Made by a program: the position numbers and the translations under genes. From Candidatus Bathyarchaeia archaeon (GTDB lineage Archaea > Thermoproteota > Bathyarchaeia > Bathyarchaeales > Bathycorpusculaceae): 64,000 nt of DNA. Below are positions 9,786 to 20,261 of the stretch, piece after piece; position 1 is the first letter of the stretch; the number at the start of each line of letters is the position of its first letter. Under the pieces are notes generated by a model. The model did not search any database. It saw only the letters and a list, made by a program, of their open reading frames with translations, and had not been told where the DNA came from. The stretch is from NCBI GenBank assembly GCA_049516875.1, contig JBEKSS010000001.1, forward strand, positions 320,001-384,000, written 5' to 3'.

Positions 9786-11014
9786 CTTCTCATCTCAAGG
9801 AGTTTCTCATCGTATGGCGCTGTGGAAAGAACCTCATTTCCCCTTTCGGTTATCATGATTGTGTCCTCCAATCTCACACCTCCAACGCCGTGGACCGCGA
9901 CAGTAGGCTCCATTGAGAATATCATCCCCGGCTCTAGCTTGAACTTCACGAACTTCTGGTCACCGGTTAATACACGTTCCCCGATGAACGGGGCTTCTAA
10001 GCCAGCCACGCCTATACTGTGACCAAGCACACCGAAGTAAGCTTCTTTTTCGAACCCATGCTCCTTCATGACGTCTCTCGCGGCTTTGTTGACGTCCGTG
10101 TTGAGCGCTCCTGGCTTCATTACTTTGATGATGGTTTGTATTGAGTCGTATACGGTTCTGTAGATTTCTTTTTGTTTTTCAGTTGGATTTCCATGAATGA
10201 CGGTACGCGTCTGGTCTGAAAAGTATCCATTGAAGCACCCTCCAAGATCCAAGAACACTAATTCTCCTCTTCTTATCGGCTTGTCGGACGCAAACCTGTA
10301 GAGCGGCATCGTGTGATTCCCAGAGGCAATGATCAAGTTGCATTGAGGAACTTCCATTCCAAAGGAGTAGAGAATTCGCATTGCTTCGCCGAGCAGTTCA
10401 CATTCTCTCTTTCCAGATTGAATTAGACTTATGGTGCCTTCCAGGGCAAAGGATGCGATAGCGGAAGATACCCGCATCAGTTCTCTCTCCTCTGCTGTCT
10501 TTAAAACCCTTGCTTTTACGAAAACTTCGTCTCCATCGACGAAAGTTGCGTTCGGCAATGCCTGTTGCAGTCGTTGAGTCAGTCCGAACCGTGTGGCGTC
10601 TATCCCTATTCTGCCATCAGCAGCACCCATGCTGGTCAATTCCTTCTTGAACCCGTTTACTGCTGTTTTGAAAACTTCCAAGTCCTCCAAGACTGCAAGG
10701 GGTCGGATATCTTCTTTCTTGAGCCACGGCATCGTTGCTGTAGCGCGCGCCCAGTCGCCGCTTGCCACGTATAGAATCGGATCCTGATCTCTTGAGACAA
10801 TTGCGGCGTTCCTTGTGACTGCCATTCCGGTTGTCCACCACAATGGCCTATATGACGTGGTGTATCGAATGTTTTCGGGTCGGAACGCAAGAATAGCGTC
10901 GATTTCTTGTTCTTTCATCTGTTCCTTGAGTCTTGCGAGGCGCCCTTTCCTTAGTTTTTGAAAGTCTACGCGTTCTTCCCAATCGACACCAAACTGTCCA
11001 TATACATGCGACAT
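9782..11014 (-). CDS. M24 family (Xaa-Pro) metallopeptidase
   Basis: Metal ligands intact: LDLG, SDQTRT, GHSIG, MEP, RLEDT. Confidence 0.88.
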   Translation of the reverse strand: MSHVYGQFGVDWEERVDFQKLRKGRLARLKEQMKEQEIDAILAFRPENIRYTTSYRPLWWTTGMAVTRNAAIVSRDQDPILYVASGDWARATATMPWLKKEDIRPLAVLEDLEVFKTAVNGFKKELTSMGAADGRIGIDATRFGLTQRLQQALPNATFVDGDEVFVKARVLKTAEERELMRVSSAIASFALEGTISLIQSGKRECELLGEAMRILYSFGMEVPQCNLIIASGNHTMPLYRFASDKPIRRGELVFLDLGGCFNGYFSDQTRTVIHGNPTEKQKEIYRTVYDSIQTIIKVMKPGALNTDVNKAARDVMKEHGFEKEAYFGVLGHSIGVAGLEAPFIGERVLTGDQKFVKFKLEPGMIFSMEPTVAVHGVGGVRLEDTIMITERGNEVLSTAPYDEKLLEMRR

Positions 11015-11020
11015 TTCGTC

Positions 11021-12952
11021 TCACGTTTTCGCATTTTTTGTGTAAGACTTGGGTAATACTCCGTGTTTTTCCAAGTCGTCTGCAACATCCTTAAGATCCA
11101 GTTCTTCCAGTTTCTCTCGAGAGGGGATGCCTTTTTTGACGTCCCATCCTCTTGCCTTGTAGTAAGCCCTCTTCATGACGTCCAGTCGAACCACCTGACC
11201 TTTAGCGGGGCCATCGGAAACGGGTTCTTTCAGGAAATACTCAGGTATTGTATCATCTTTACTTGTCACGCCAAGCCTCATGTTGTAGCATTTCATCAGG
11301 TGATAGATTCTCTCGCCGCCTCTCTGCAGTTCCTGTTCTGACATGCCCCAACCAGTTGCGGCAGACATCATTCCCGCAATCATTTTTGCGCTGACGCTTT
11401 GAAACAGGAACAAACACTCGAGTATACATAATCCAGTGGACGCCAATACTTGTATGAAATCCTCGTGCCACTTTACCATCGGTCCTTTCGCAGGATCGTC
11501 CGAATATGGGAAAACTATGTTTTCGCTCCCGAAGAATTTCTTGGCCGTCTCTCGATCTCCCACTACCTCGAATACAGGATATCCCTTGAGATGATCAGCT
11601 CCTCTGGGGTTGACGGCATATGCCAGAGCCCAGCTCTTACCGCCTCTGAGATCTTTGTATGTCATTCCGAGACCTTTTATGTGCCCTGGTCTGGGAAACT
11701 TCAGGTTCATCGCCTCACAGGCACCTTTGACCCCTTTTGCAAGAATCTTGCCAAAACCTTCGACATGGGCGATCTTGTCCATGATTTGGGTCATTGCTTC
11801 GACATTGCCCCATGTTAATTCTATTCCGCCTGTTTGTTCTTTTGTTATGATTCCTTTTTCGTACCATTCCATCGACATGCCGATTACGTCTCCAAGCTCA
11901 TGGATGTCGATTGCTAGTTTGTTCGACAAATCTTGAAGGTAACATATGGCTGCTAGGTCGTTGTTGCCAACATTTGTCCCGAAGGCTTCTGCCGCTGTAA
12001 GCTCAGGCTTGCCTCCCATCGTTCCTGCGAACTTGCCTTCTTCTATGGAATGGAAGTGTGTGCAATGTATCGGACATGCGAAGCAGGCCATACTTCTGAC
12101 TTTGTACTTCTTTTCAAGAGTTTCTGAGGTTATGTCTTCAAGATTTTCCAGATAATGCTCGGTTCCATTCTTTACACGTGCAAGTCCCATATCGTTGTAC
12201 GAAGCTATTTGGTCCAGAGTTCCATAAGTTGCGAAACGCTTGTATGAGTGGTGACCCATTATAGACAAGACGGATTCGTTCACGAAGTTTTCGAACTCGT
12301 CTACTCTTGCAATTTGAACTGCTCTCGTTCCCCTAACCGCGATTGCTTTCAAGTTCTTTGATCCCATAACCGCTCCTAGACCGGTTCTTGCAGCAGCTCT
12401 GTATCTTTGGACAATTACGCTGGCCATCAGAACCTTGTTTTCTCCAGCGGGTCCTGTGATTGCGGTTCTAATCTCTTCATCTCCAAGTTCATCTTTGATT
12501 ATTTGGTCAGTTTCCCACGTATCTTTTCCCCACAGATGCTCACCGTTTTTAATCTCGACATTGTCATCGTCAATCCAAACGTATACGGGCTTCTTTGCCT
12601 TTCCTTCTACTACTATTTGATCATAACCAGCGAATTTCACTGTAGGACCAAAATCTCCACCAGAATTTGCATCTCCGAAGATTCCGGTCAAAGGCGACCT
12701 AGCTGTGAAGGTGACCCTTGAGCAACACGGCGCCAGTGTTCCAGAGAGTGCACCGATCCCGACCATAAGGAGATTGTCCGGGCTAAAGGGGTCTACATTC
12801 GGTCCAACATGATCATACAAGACTCTGGCGTTGAAACCTGACCCGCCAATGTACTTTCTTGCAAAATCCATGTTCAAAGGTTCTTTTACGATCTTGTCGT
12901 TTGAAAGATTGATTCTTAGAATAGTTCCTGCATAACCGTACAGAGGCATCAC
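11021..12952 (-). CDS. aor: Tungsten-dependent aldehyde:ferredoxin oxidoreductase family
   Basis: GYAGTILRINL, SPLTG, GPAGEN, GAVMGSKNLKAI, CxxCPxxC, RGADH, YYKARGWD. Confidence 0.92.
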   Translation of the reverse strand: MMPLYGYAGTILRINLSNDKIVKEPLNMDFARKYIGGSGFNARVLYDHVGPNVDPFSPDNLLMVGIGALSGTLAPCCSRVTFTARSPLTGIFGDANSGGDFGPTVKFAGYDQIVVEGKAKKPVYVWIDDDNVEIKNGEHLWGKDTWETDQIIKDELGDEEIRTAITGPAGENKVLMASVIVQRYRAAARTGLGAVMGSKNLKAIAVRGTRAVQIARVDEFENFVNESVLSIMGHHSYKRFATYGTLDQIASYNDMGLARVKNGTEHYLENLEDITSETLEKKYKVRSMACFACPIHCTHFHSIEEGKFAGTMGGKPELTAAEAFGTNVGNNDLAAICYLQDLSNKLAIDIHELGDVIGMSMEWYEKGIITKEQTGGIELTWGNVEAMTQIMDKIAHVEGFGKILAKGVKGACEAMNLKFPRPGHIKGLGMTYKDLRGGKSWALAYAVNPRGADHLKGYPVFEVVGDRETAKKFFGSENIVFPYSDDPAKGPMVKWHEDFIQVLASTGLCILECLFLFQSVSAKMIAGMMSAATGWGMSEQELQRGGERIYHLMKCYNMRLGVTSKDDTIPEYFLKEPVSDGPAKGQVVRLDVMKRAYYKARGWDVKKGIPSREKLEELDLKDVADDLEKHGVLPKSYTKNAKT

Positions 12953-13512
12953 TCCTTTTTCGCGTCAGACAGAATCCGGTCGCGGCCACTGTAGTAGATC
13001 TTCTGAAGTATCGCTTCCTTATCCTTCACCGCATGCGCATCTTTTATTGCGGCTCTTCTCATTTTTTTCAGGTGCTGTTTGTCCGTGCGTACATATCTGA
13101 TTGCTTCAGTTGGACACCATTGGGCGCATTGAGGGTCTCCTCCGCAAAGGTCACACTTGTCAATTCTGCCTTCAGGGTTCATCCACACGAGCCCCCAAGG
13201 ACATGCAACAATACAAGAACGACATCCAACACACTTCGCAGAATCAACCAGAACGGCATCAGTGGAGCTGTCTCTGTATATTGCACCAGTTGGACATGCG
13301 TACATGCAAAAAGCCTCAGTACATTGCTTGCACACTGCAGGGATAAACAATCCTTGAGATTCCAGCCGAACAACATGAAGCAAGGCTCTAGAAGGGTTTG
13401 ATTCTCTCCGATGATGAAGCGAGCAGCGTAGTTCACATATCCTGCAACCAGTACAAACATCAGGGTCTACAATCAAGAATTTTTGGGAATTCTCCCTCAT
13501 ATGACCATGCAC
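12949..13512 (-). CDS. 4Fe-4S polyferredoxin subunit of the AOR complex
   Basis: Four Cys clusters of DmsB/HydN type; overlaps the aor start. Confidence 0.88.
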   Translation of the reverse strand: MHGHMRENSQKFLIVDPDVCTGCRICELRCSLHHRRESNPSRALLHVVRLESQGLFIPAVCKQCTEAFCMYACPTGAIYRDSSTDAVLVDSAKCVGCRSCIVACPWGLVWMNPEGRIDKCDLCGGDPQCAQWCPTEAIRYVRTDKQHLKKMRRAAIKDAHAVKDKEAILQKIYYSGRDRILSDAKKE

Positions 13513-13604
13513 CTAAGACGCATGCTTTTAGGGTATTTCCGTGACTTATCTTTCTTTCGACAAAAAGCAAGTCTTTTTAACGAGACTCTTCAATACTTCG
13601 CGAA

Positions 13605-14930
13605 GTGAGCTTGTTGCCAACTTCACATTTTGACCTAATAGTAATCGGCGGCGGAGTGGCAGGAATTCAAGCATCTCTTGAGGCAAAAAAGCTACAGCCA
13701 AGAAAATCAGTCGCACTAGTCACTGATGAAATAATCACGTATTCGAGACCCTCTCTTACTGCCGTGATCTCTGGCGCAGTGAACGATGTTGACAGAATAG
13801 GAATTTTCTCTCCTGAAACCTTGAAGAGCTCAGGTATTCAGCTTCTTTCAGGACACGAGATCTCCGAAATTGAACACCCTGCTCACACAGTCTACATGAA
13901 GAAGATAGGACAAAAACAATCAGGTAGTGCTTCTCCCTTTAATTATGAAAAACTGGTAATTGCAACTGGTGCGATACCACTGGTACCTAGAACTGAAGGA
14001 GGGGGGCTTACTGGAGTCTTCACTGTCCGAAAGTTCCAAGAAGCCCTTGCTGCTTCAAAGTTCATATCAAGTGGGATGACAGCTCACGTGGTAGGCGCAG
14101 GTTTCGTCGGACTCGACACTGCAGAAGCCTTAGCACGCAGAAGACTGAGCGTGACGCTCATAGTTCGTTCAAGAATCCTGAGAGGCATCTTGGAACAAGA
14201 TCTTTCTCAGGCATTAGTTGACCGTGCACAGATGCACGGCGTCAAAATATTGAACGGAGTTACGCTAGAAAGAATCGAAGGAAACCGAAAGGTAGAACGA
14301 GTGGTCATAGACGAAAAGGCACTCAAATCAGACGTCGTTATATTCGCAACTGGAGTTGAACCTGATACAAAACTAGCTCAATCCATGGGTTTGGTCACTG
14401 CTCGAAATGGCGCCATCAGAACCGACAAGAGCATGCAGACCAACCTAAATGGTGTTTACGCAACTGGTGATTGTTCAGAAAGCATCGACTTCGTCAGTGG
14501 CAAGAGTGTATACCGCCCACTGGGCAGTATTGCAGCACTAACCGCAAAAATTGCAGGAGCCAACGCTGTGGGCGTTGAGAAAATATACGAAGGGATCATA
14601 AGAAGGCAGTACAACAGAATATTCGACACAGAGATAATAAGCATTGGCTTAAGCACGGAAGAAGCGAAGAATCACAACATAAAAGCTAAAGCATTCAAAG
14701 TGAGGATAAAAAAACCGGAACTCTTGCTATTTCCTCAACTGGTGTCAAAGAATTTGATGAGAGTAATTGTGAACGAGGATACAGACGCTGTGATCGGATG
14801 GCAAGCGATCGGAATCAGACAAACTTCCCTGTTCTCACACTACTTCCATGACTGCATTTTCAATAGAAGAAAGCTCGAGGACGTTAATGCCTCAGGACAA
14901 AACATTGAGCTCGTCCTTGAACAGAAATAG
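13605..14930 (+). CDS. FAD-dependent pyridine nucleotide-disulfide oxidoreductase (NADH oxidase-like)
   Basis: GGGVAG, IATG, GAGFVG, VYATGD. Confidence 0.85.
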   Translation: MSLLPTSHFDLIVIGGGVAGIQASLEAKKLQPRKSVALVTDEIITYSRPSLTAVISGAVNDVDRIGIFSPETLKSSGIQLLSGHEISEIEHPAHTVYMKKIGQKQSGSASPFNYEKLVIATGAIPLVPRTEGGGLTGVFTVRKFQEALAASKFISSGMTAHVVGAGFVGLDTAEALARRRLSVTLIVRSRILRGILEQDLSQALVDRAQMHGVKILNGVTLERIEGNRKVERVVIDEKALKSDVVIFATGVEPDTKLAQSMGLVTARNGAIRTDKSMQTNLNGVYATGDCSESIDFVSGKSVYRPLGSIAALTAKIAGANAVGVEKIYEGIIRRQYNRIFDTEIISIGLSTEEAKNHNIKAKAFKVRIKKPELLLFPQLVSKNLMRVIVNEDTDAVIGWQAIGIRQTSLFSHYFHDCIFNRRKLEDVNASGQNIELVLEQK

Positions 14931-14931
14931 T

Positions 14932-16113
14932 CTATCTCAGCTTTTCCAGACTGCCCTCTATTCTCTGAAGCGCAATTTCTATCTGTTTGATGGAAGCGGC
15001 ATAGGTTAGTCTAATATGGCCTTCGCCAAGATTGCCGTACGCGATTCCGGGATAGACAGCGACTTTCGCCTTCTCAATCAGGAATTGAGTCATCTTGAGC
15101 GAATCCAATCCAAATGCTTTAACGTTTGGAAAAACGAAAAATGCTCCTTTAGGCAATTGACATGAGAGACCATCGATTGAATTTATCCTCCCAACGATGA
15201 AACGTCGGCGCTTGTCGAATTCTTTGACCATCTCACTTACACAGCCTTGGGGTCCCCTAAGTGCTGCAACAGCAGCCTTTTGAACAACAGCGTTTGTACA
15301 CAAAACGATGGAACTCTGAATCTGCAAGAGGTCGTCAACGAGACTCTTCTTGGCAGCTAGATAGCCGATTCTCCAGCCAGTCATCGCGTAAGTTTTCGAA
15401 AAACTTCCAATCAGAATTGTGCGCTCTTTCATGTCGGGAACAGACAAAATGCTTGAATGCCTTACACCATCATAGACGATTTTTTCATATGCTTCATCAG
15501 TCAATGCTATCAAGTTTTTTTTCTTGGTTATATCAGCTATTGCGACGATGTCTTTTCGATCAATCACCATCCCAGTGGGATTGCTCGGCGAGTTAAGGAT
15601 AATCATTTTGGATGCCTTGGTAATTCTTTTTTCAATCTCGGATGGTTCAAGTCGAAAACCTTCCTCTTCTTTAAGAGGTATCGGAACTGGAATCCCGCCT
15701 GCAAATCGAATACAAACCGGATACCCAACATAGCAGGGATCGGGTATAAGCACCTCGTCTCCTGGATTAATCACACCCATGATTGCAAGAAAAATACCCT
15801 GTATTGCTCCAGGCGTTGCAATTACCTCAGAAGATCTTAGGTCTACATCCTGTTCCCTTTGGATCTTTTCTGCTACGGCCTCTCTGAACTCTGGAATCCC
15901 GCCAGTTGGCGTGTAGAAAGTATTCCCTTCATCCAAAGCTCTTTTCGCTGCCTCTCTTATATGATCAGGCGTCAAAAAATCTGGTTCCCCCGACGTGAGT
16001 TTGATGACATCTTTTGTTTTCAGCGCCAGCTCGCGCATTTTCGAAGCTTCCAAAGAGCTCAAGGAAAGAATTGCTTTAAGTCTCTCAGACGCCCAGTTGT
16101 GCTCGGCATTCAT
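14932..16113 (-). CDS. Class I/II PLP aminotransferase (aspartate aminotransferase-like)
   Basis: GEPDF, NSPSNPTG, DEAY, SFSKTYAMTGWRIG. Confidence 0.93.
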   Translation of the reverse strand: MNAEHNWASERLKAILSLSSLEASKMRELALKTKDVIKLTSGEPDFLTPDHIREAAKRALDEGNTFYTPTGGIPEFREAVAEKIQREQDVDLRSSEVIATPGAIQGIFLAIMGVINPGDEVLIPDPCYVGYPVCIRFAGGIPVPIPLKEEEGFRLEPSEIEKRITKASKMIILNSPSNPTGMVIDRKDIVAIADITKKKNLIALTDEAYEKIVYDGVRHSSILSVPDMKERTILIGSFSKTYAMTGWRIGYLAAKKSLVDDLLQIQSSIVLCTNAVVQKAAVAALRGPQGCVSEMVKEFDKRRRFIVGRINSIDGLSCQLPKGAFFVFPNVKAFGLDSLKMTQFLIEKAKVAVYPGIAYGNLGEGHIRLTYAASIKQIEIALQRIEGSLEKLR

Positions 16114-16300
16114 AGTTCATTACCTTACTCCTAATGCTTCCTAGGTCTTTAAAAAAGCTGCTATGTACATCTTAAACGAAGCCATGCTACTCGGCTCTTT
16201 CTAGCGCGTGCCTCCAAAGTCTGATGCACGCGCCACGGCAACAGAACAAGCACAAAGGAAACGACAAACTACTCTCACTATTGCATGAGTCATGCATTCG

Positions 16301-16443
16301 TTTGAGTCTAAAAAAAATCACGAATTGAGCACTCAAACACAAGGACTCGAAACCCAACATCGCAGCCAACATGCCACAACAATGTTTTGACACTCAAAGA
16401 AATCACGACTTGAGCACTCAAACACAAGGGCTCAAATTCCAAC
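16301..16443 (+). repeat. Two tandem copies of a dispersed double-palindrome repeat
   Basis: TTTGA..CTCAAAGAAATCACG..TTGAGCACTCAAACACAAGG at ~16301 and ~16385; also at 57019 and 60503-60711. Confidence 0.85.
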
Positions 16444-16695
16444 TGAGCTATTGAAGCTGAAGTTCCACAGGCTTTAACAAAGTCCGCGCTTAGTTTTCGG
16501 CCAAACAACGAATACAGAGGCCCTGCATTCTTGGCATGTCGAAAGGCTCCTAGAAAACAACACCCATACTTTTTCACTCTGGACAATTGAAAAAAGCACA
16601 AAACCAATCATGATATTGCCCTCACCCATTTCAATAATGATATATCCACGCCTGCTTCAATGAAATATGAATCAAGAAACAAAAAAGGGACACAG

Positions 16696-17832
16696 ATGAG
16701 AACAAACAACCCAAAAACCTACTTTTGGTCTGGAAATGAGGCTTGCGTTGAAGCGGCAATAATCGCTGGATGCCGATTCTTCGCCGGTTACCCGATATCG
16801 CCTGCCAATGAGATACCTGAAGGTCTTTCGGAACGTTTGCCCAAGGTTGATGGAATTTTCATGCAGATGGAAGACGAGTTGGCCTCCATAGGTGCGGTTA
16901 TGGGGGCGAGTTGGGCAGGAAAGAAGGCCATGACCGCTACTTCAGGGCCGGGTTTCAGCTTGATGCAGGAGACAATAGGCTGGGGATTTATGACTGAAAC
17001 TCCCTGTGTCATAGTGGACGTTCAACGAGTCGGGCCGGGCACTGGACAAGCGACCAAGTGCGCCCAAGGAGATGTTATGCAGGCGCGGTGGGGAACACAC
17101 GGCGACTACGCGGCCATTGCGTTGTCGCCGAACTCGGTTCAGGAGATGTTTGAACTCACGGTAAGAGCCTTCAACCTTGCTGAAAAATACCGCACGCCAG
17201 TAGTCCTTCTAGCAGACGAAACAATAGCTCATCTTAGAGAGCAGATAACGGTGCCGCCGCTGGAAAGTATAGAGGTTATTAACCGCAAAAAACCCGAGGC
17301 GGGGGAAACAGCGTTCTTCGGGTTGGAGGAAGTTGCGCCGATGCCAGCAGTGGGCGAAGGCTTCAACGTGGCCGTGACGGCTTCGACGCACGATGAGCAT
17401 GGAGTCCGATTTACCCAAGACGCTGCAGTGCACAGAAGGATGTTGGAGAGGCTTAACGCAAAGATAAACAATCACGCGGATGATATCGTGGAGGTGGAGA
17501 GCTACAACGTTGACGACTGCAAGGTGGGCATAGTTTCTTTCGGCTGCACGTCCCGCGCGGTCTATGAAGCTGTCGAGCGGGCAGAGGCGTTGGGAATCAA
17601 AACGGGCTACGTCCGCCTTAAAACAGTGTGGCCTTTTCCAGACAAGGCCGTTGAAAGGCTGGCTAAGACTGCTGAGAGGATAATCGTTCCGGAGATGAAT
17701 CTGGGACAAGTTGCTGGAGAGGTTCAGAGAGTCGCGTGCAAAGCGGAGATCATAAAGTTGGACAAGATCGGTGGAGGCGAGCTTATCACGCCTGAAGAGG
17801 TGCTTGACAAGATCGTTGAAGGAGGAAAGTGA
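16696..17832 (+). CDS. korA: 2-oxoglutarate/2-oxoacid:ferredoxin oxidoreductase alpha subunit
   Basis: GYPISP, MEDE, TSGPG, QRVGPGTG. Confidence 0.88.
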   Translation: MRTNNPKTYFWSGNEACVEAAIIAGCRFFAGYPISPANEIPEGLSERLPKVDGIFMQMEDELASIGAVMGASWAGKKAMTATSGPGFSLMQETIGWGFMTETPCVIVDVQRVGPGTGQATKCAQGDVMQARWGTHGDYAAIALSPNSVQEMFELTVRAFNLAEKYRTPVVLLADETIAHLREQITVPPLESIEVINRKKPEAGETAFFGLEEVAPMPAVGEGFNVAVTASTHDEHGVRFTQDAAVHRRMLERLNAKINNHADDIVEVESYNVDDCKVGIVSFGCTSRAVYEAVERAEALGIKTGYVRLKTVWPFPDKAVERLAKTAERIIVPEMNLGQVAGEVQRVACKAEIIKLDKIGGGELITPEEVLDKIVEGGK

Positions 17833-17833
17833 A

Positions 17834-18667
17834 ATGGCTGAGGCTTTCTCGTCTCGGAAGTACATGAGAGATTTGAAGCTGCCGTTCTGTCCGGGCTGCG
17901 GACTGTTTTCACTCGGCGACACGTTTCTGAGGGCTGTACATGAACTAGGCCACGGAGACTTGAGTGGGTTCTGTTTCGCCAGTGGAATAGGCTGTTCCTC
18001 ATGGATCCCGTCGCCGTACTTCCTGGCAGATTCAGTTCACACGCTGCATGGCAGGAGCATTCCGGTCGCGACGAGCATCAAGCTCATACGTCCAGACTTG
18101 AACGTGGTCGTGTTCGGCGGAGACGGAGACATCGTCGGCATCGGCCTGAGCCACTTTGTACACGCTGCGAGACGCAACACAGACTTACTTGTCATAATGG
18201 GCAACAACATGGTGTACGGCATGACAGGCGGACAGGTAGCGCCCACAACACCGTTCAAAACCAAGACCACAACCACCCCCTACGGAAGTTTTGAGCACCC
18301 ACTGGACGCTGCAAAACTGGCTGTCGCCGCTGGAGCAGCGTATTCCGCTCGTTGGACGACGGCACACCTGAGCGAACTGAAGGAATCAGTCAAAACTGCA
18401 CTCCAGATGCCCGGCTTCAAGTTTATCGAAGTCGTAACCCACTGCCCGACAGCGTACGGCAGAAGAGCCGGGTTCAAAGACATCGGAGAAATGCTGAAGT
18501 ACTACAAAGAAAACGCTGTTTCGACACAGCAGGCTGGAAAACTGAGCGAGGAAGAACTTGAAAATAGAATAGTTGTCGGAGAATTCGTCAAGAGAAAGCG
18601 TCTAACACTTGTGGAGACGGTTTACGCCATGATCAAGGAGGCGAAAGCAAGTGGCGAACAAGACTGA
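17834..18667 (+). CDS. korB: 2-oxoacid:ferredoxin oxidoreductase beta subunit
   Basis: FCPGCG, SGIGC, HGR, GDGD, NMVYGMTGGQ, CPT. Confidence 0.88.
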   Translation: MAEAFSSRKYMRDLKLPFCPGCGLFSLGDTFLRAVHELGHGDLSGFCFASGIGCSSWIPSPYFLADSVHTLHGRSIPVATSIKLIRPDLNVVVFGGDGDIVGIGLSHFVHAARRNTDLLVIMGNNMVYGMTGGQVAPTTPFKTKTTTTPYGSFEHPLDAAKLAVAAGAAYSARWTTAHLSELKESVKTALQMPGFKFIEVVTHCPTAYGRRAGFKDIGEMLKYYKENAVSTQQAGKLSEEELENRIVVGEFVKRKRLTLVETVYAMIKEAKASGEQD

Positions 18668-19184
18668 GATAAAGATGGGCGGAAGTGGCGGACAAGGCGT
18701 AGTCCTAGCCGCACAGATACTGGGAAAAGCCGCCGTTTTGGATGGAAGAAACGTTTTGCAGACACAGGCTTACGGGGCTGAGGCCAGAGGAAGCCTGGCC
18801 AAGAGCGAAGTGATCATATCAGACAGCAAAATAGGCTTCCCCGCGGTCAGAAAATGCGACATACTCGTCGCGATGAACCAAGAATCCCTCAACATGCTGT
18901 TCAAGGATTTGAAAGAAAACGGAAAGCTGATAATCGACAGCACCAACGTAACAAACGTACCTGAAACAGAAGGCCAAGTCTACAAGATTCCAATCACAGA
19001 AACCGCTAAAAAAACGTTCGGAGAAGCATTCTACGCAAACATGATTATGCTCGGAGCCTTCACAAGAATAACCAACCTCGTGAGCAGAGAGGCAATGGAA
19101 AAAACAATCAGAGAAAACGTCTCAAAGAGAACCATTGAAACCAACATCAAAGCTTTCCAGAAAGGCCTAAAGCTCAAACGCTGA
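18651..19184 (+). CDS. korC: 2-oxoacid:ferredoxin oxidoreductase gamma subunit
   Basis: GSGGQG, YGAEARG. Confidence 0.85.
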   Translation: MANKTEIKMGGSGGQGVVLAAQILGKAAVLDGRNVLQTQAYGAEARGSLAKSEVIISDSKIGFPAVRKCDILVAMNQESLNMLFKDLKENGKLIIDSTNVTNVPETEGQVYKIPITETAKKTFGEAFYANMIMLGAFTRITNLVSREAMEKTIRENVSKRTIETNIKAFQKGLKLKR

Positions 19185-19259
19185 AAACAACAGACTCGGC
19201 ACAGCCTGATCTTACATAATGTTTTTATTGTTATAAAAAAAGTATTAACGCCGAGGCTT

Positions 19260-20258
19260 ATGTCAGACATAATCACTGTCAATAATCTTGTTGAAGTATA
19301 CTCCGACGGGACGAGGGCTGTTGACGACATTTCGTTCAGCGTGAAGGAGGGCGAGTTTTTCGGGTTTTTGGGTCCAAACGGAGCTGGAAAAAGCACAACC
19401 ATCAAGATTCTGACGACGCTTCTCAGGAAAACGTCCGGTTCGGCCATCGTGGCGGGCCATGACCTTGACAAGGAGCCTAAGGAGATTCGCAAGGTCATCG
19501 GCGTTCAGAGCCAAGAAACGGCTGTGGACGGAGACCTCACCGGCATGGAGAATCTGATGCTTCAGGGCCACTTTCAGCAGTTGCCCAGCGCCGAACTCAA
19601 ACAACGCGTCAACGAACTCCTGAAGCTCGTGGAACTCGAGGACGCCGCGAACAAGCGTGCAAGGAACTATTCGGGTGGCATGAAGAAGAGGCTTGACCTC
19701 GCTTCGGCTCTGGTCCACAGGCCGAGGTTGCTATTCCTGGATGAGCCGACGACGGGTCTGGATCCTCAGTCGCGCGCGGCGATTTGGGCTTACCTTGAGA
19801 AGCTGAATAATGAAGAGGGCACTACGATATTTTTGACGACGCAGTACATGGAGGAGGCTGATAGGCTTTGTCGGCAGCTTTCGATAATCGATTTCGGAAA
19901 AATCGTGGCCAGCGGATCTCCGGCTGAGCTCAAACGGCAGGTCGGAGCCGACTCCATCAAACTGTCGCTTGAGAATTGTGGTAAGGATAAGCCGAGTGCG
20001 AAGGAGATTCTTGGCGGTCTTGAGGGCGTTACGAAGGTCATCGATTCTGAAGAGTGCTTGACCGTTTACGCGAAGAATGCGGGACTCATCATCGCGGACA
20101 TCGTTAGGGCGTTTGACAGCAGGGGCATTCGGCTCTCGTCGGTGAGCTTTTCGTCGCCGACTCTTGATGACATTTTCCTGCAGCACACGGGAAGGAGGAT
20201 AAGGCCCGAGGAGCTTGTCAAGACCCCCAGCGTCATGTTCGGCGGGAGGAGGCGATGA
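19260..20258 (+). CDS. ABC exporter ATP-binding subunit (DrrA-like)
   Basis: GPNGAGKS, YSGG, LDEPTTGLD. Confidence 0.92.
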   Translation: MSDIITVNNLVEVYSDGTRAVDDISFSVKEGEFFGFLGPNGAGKSTTIKILTTLLRKTSGSAIVAGHDLDKEPKEIRKVIGVQSQETAVDGDLTGMENLMLQGHFQQLPSAELKQRVNELLKLVELEDAANKRARNYSGGMKKRLDLASALVHRPRLLFLDEPTTGLDPQSRAAIWAYLEKLNNEEGTTIFLTTQYMEEADRLCRQLSIIDFGKIVASGSPAELKRQVGADSIKLSLENCGKDKPSAKEILGGLEGVTKVIDSEECLTVYAKNAGLIIADIVRAFDSRGIRLSSVSFSSPTLDDIFLQHTGRRIRPEELVKTPSVMFGGRRR

Positions 20259-20261
20259 AAC

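Noticed and set aside
10741-10750. TAGCGCGCGC inside the M24 peptidase gene, and GCGCGCGCG at 22257 in thrC
   Set aside because: They encode Ala-Arg-Ala in uninterrupted genes; counted as background, not junctions.
16301-16443. CRISPR mini-array reading of the tandem repeats (also 60503-60711)
   Set aside because: Inter-repeat sequence is conserved between loci (CCAACATGC.A.AACAATG), so there are no unique spacers; units are too long and far from the cas genes.
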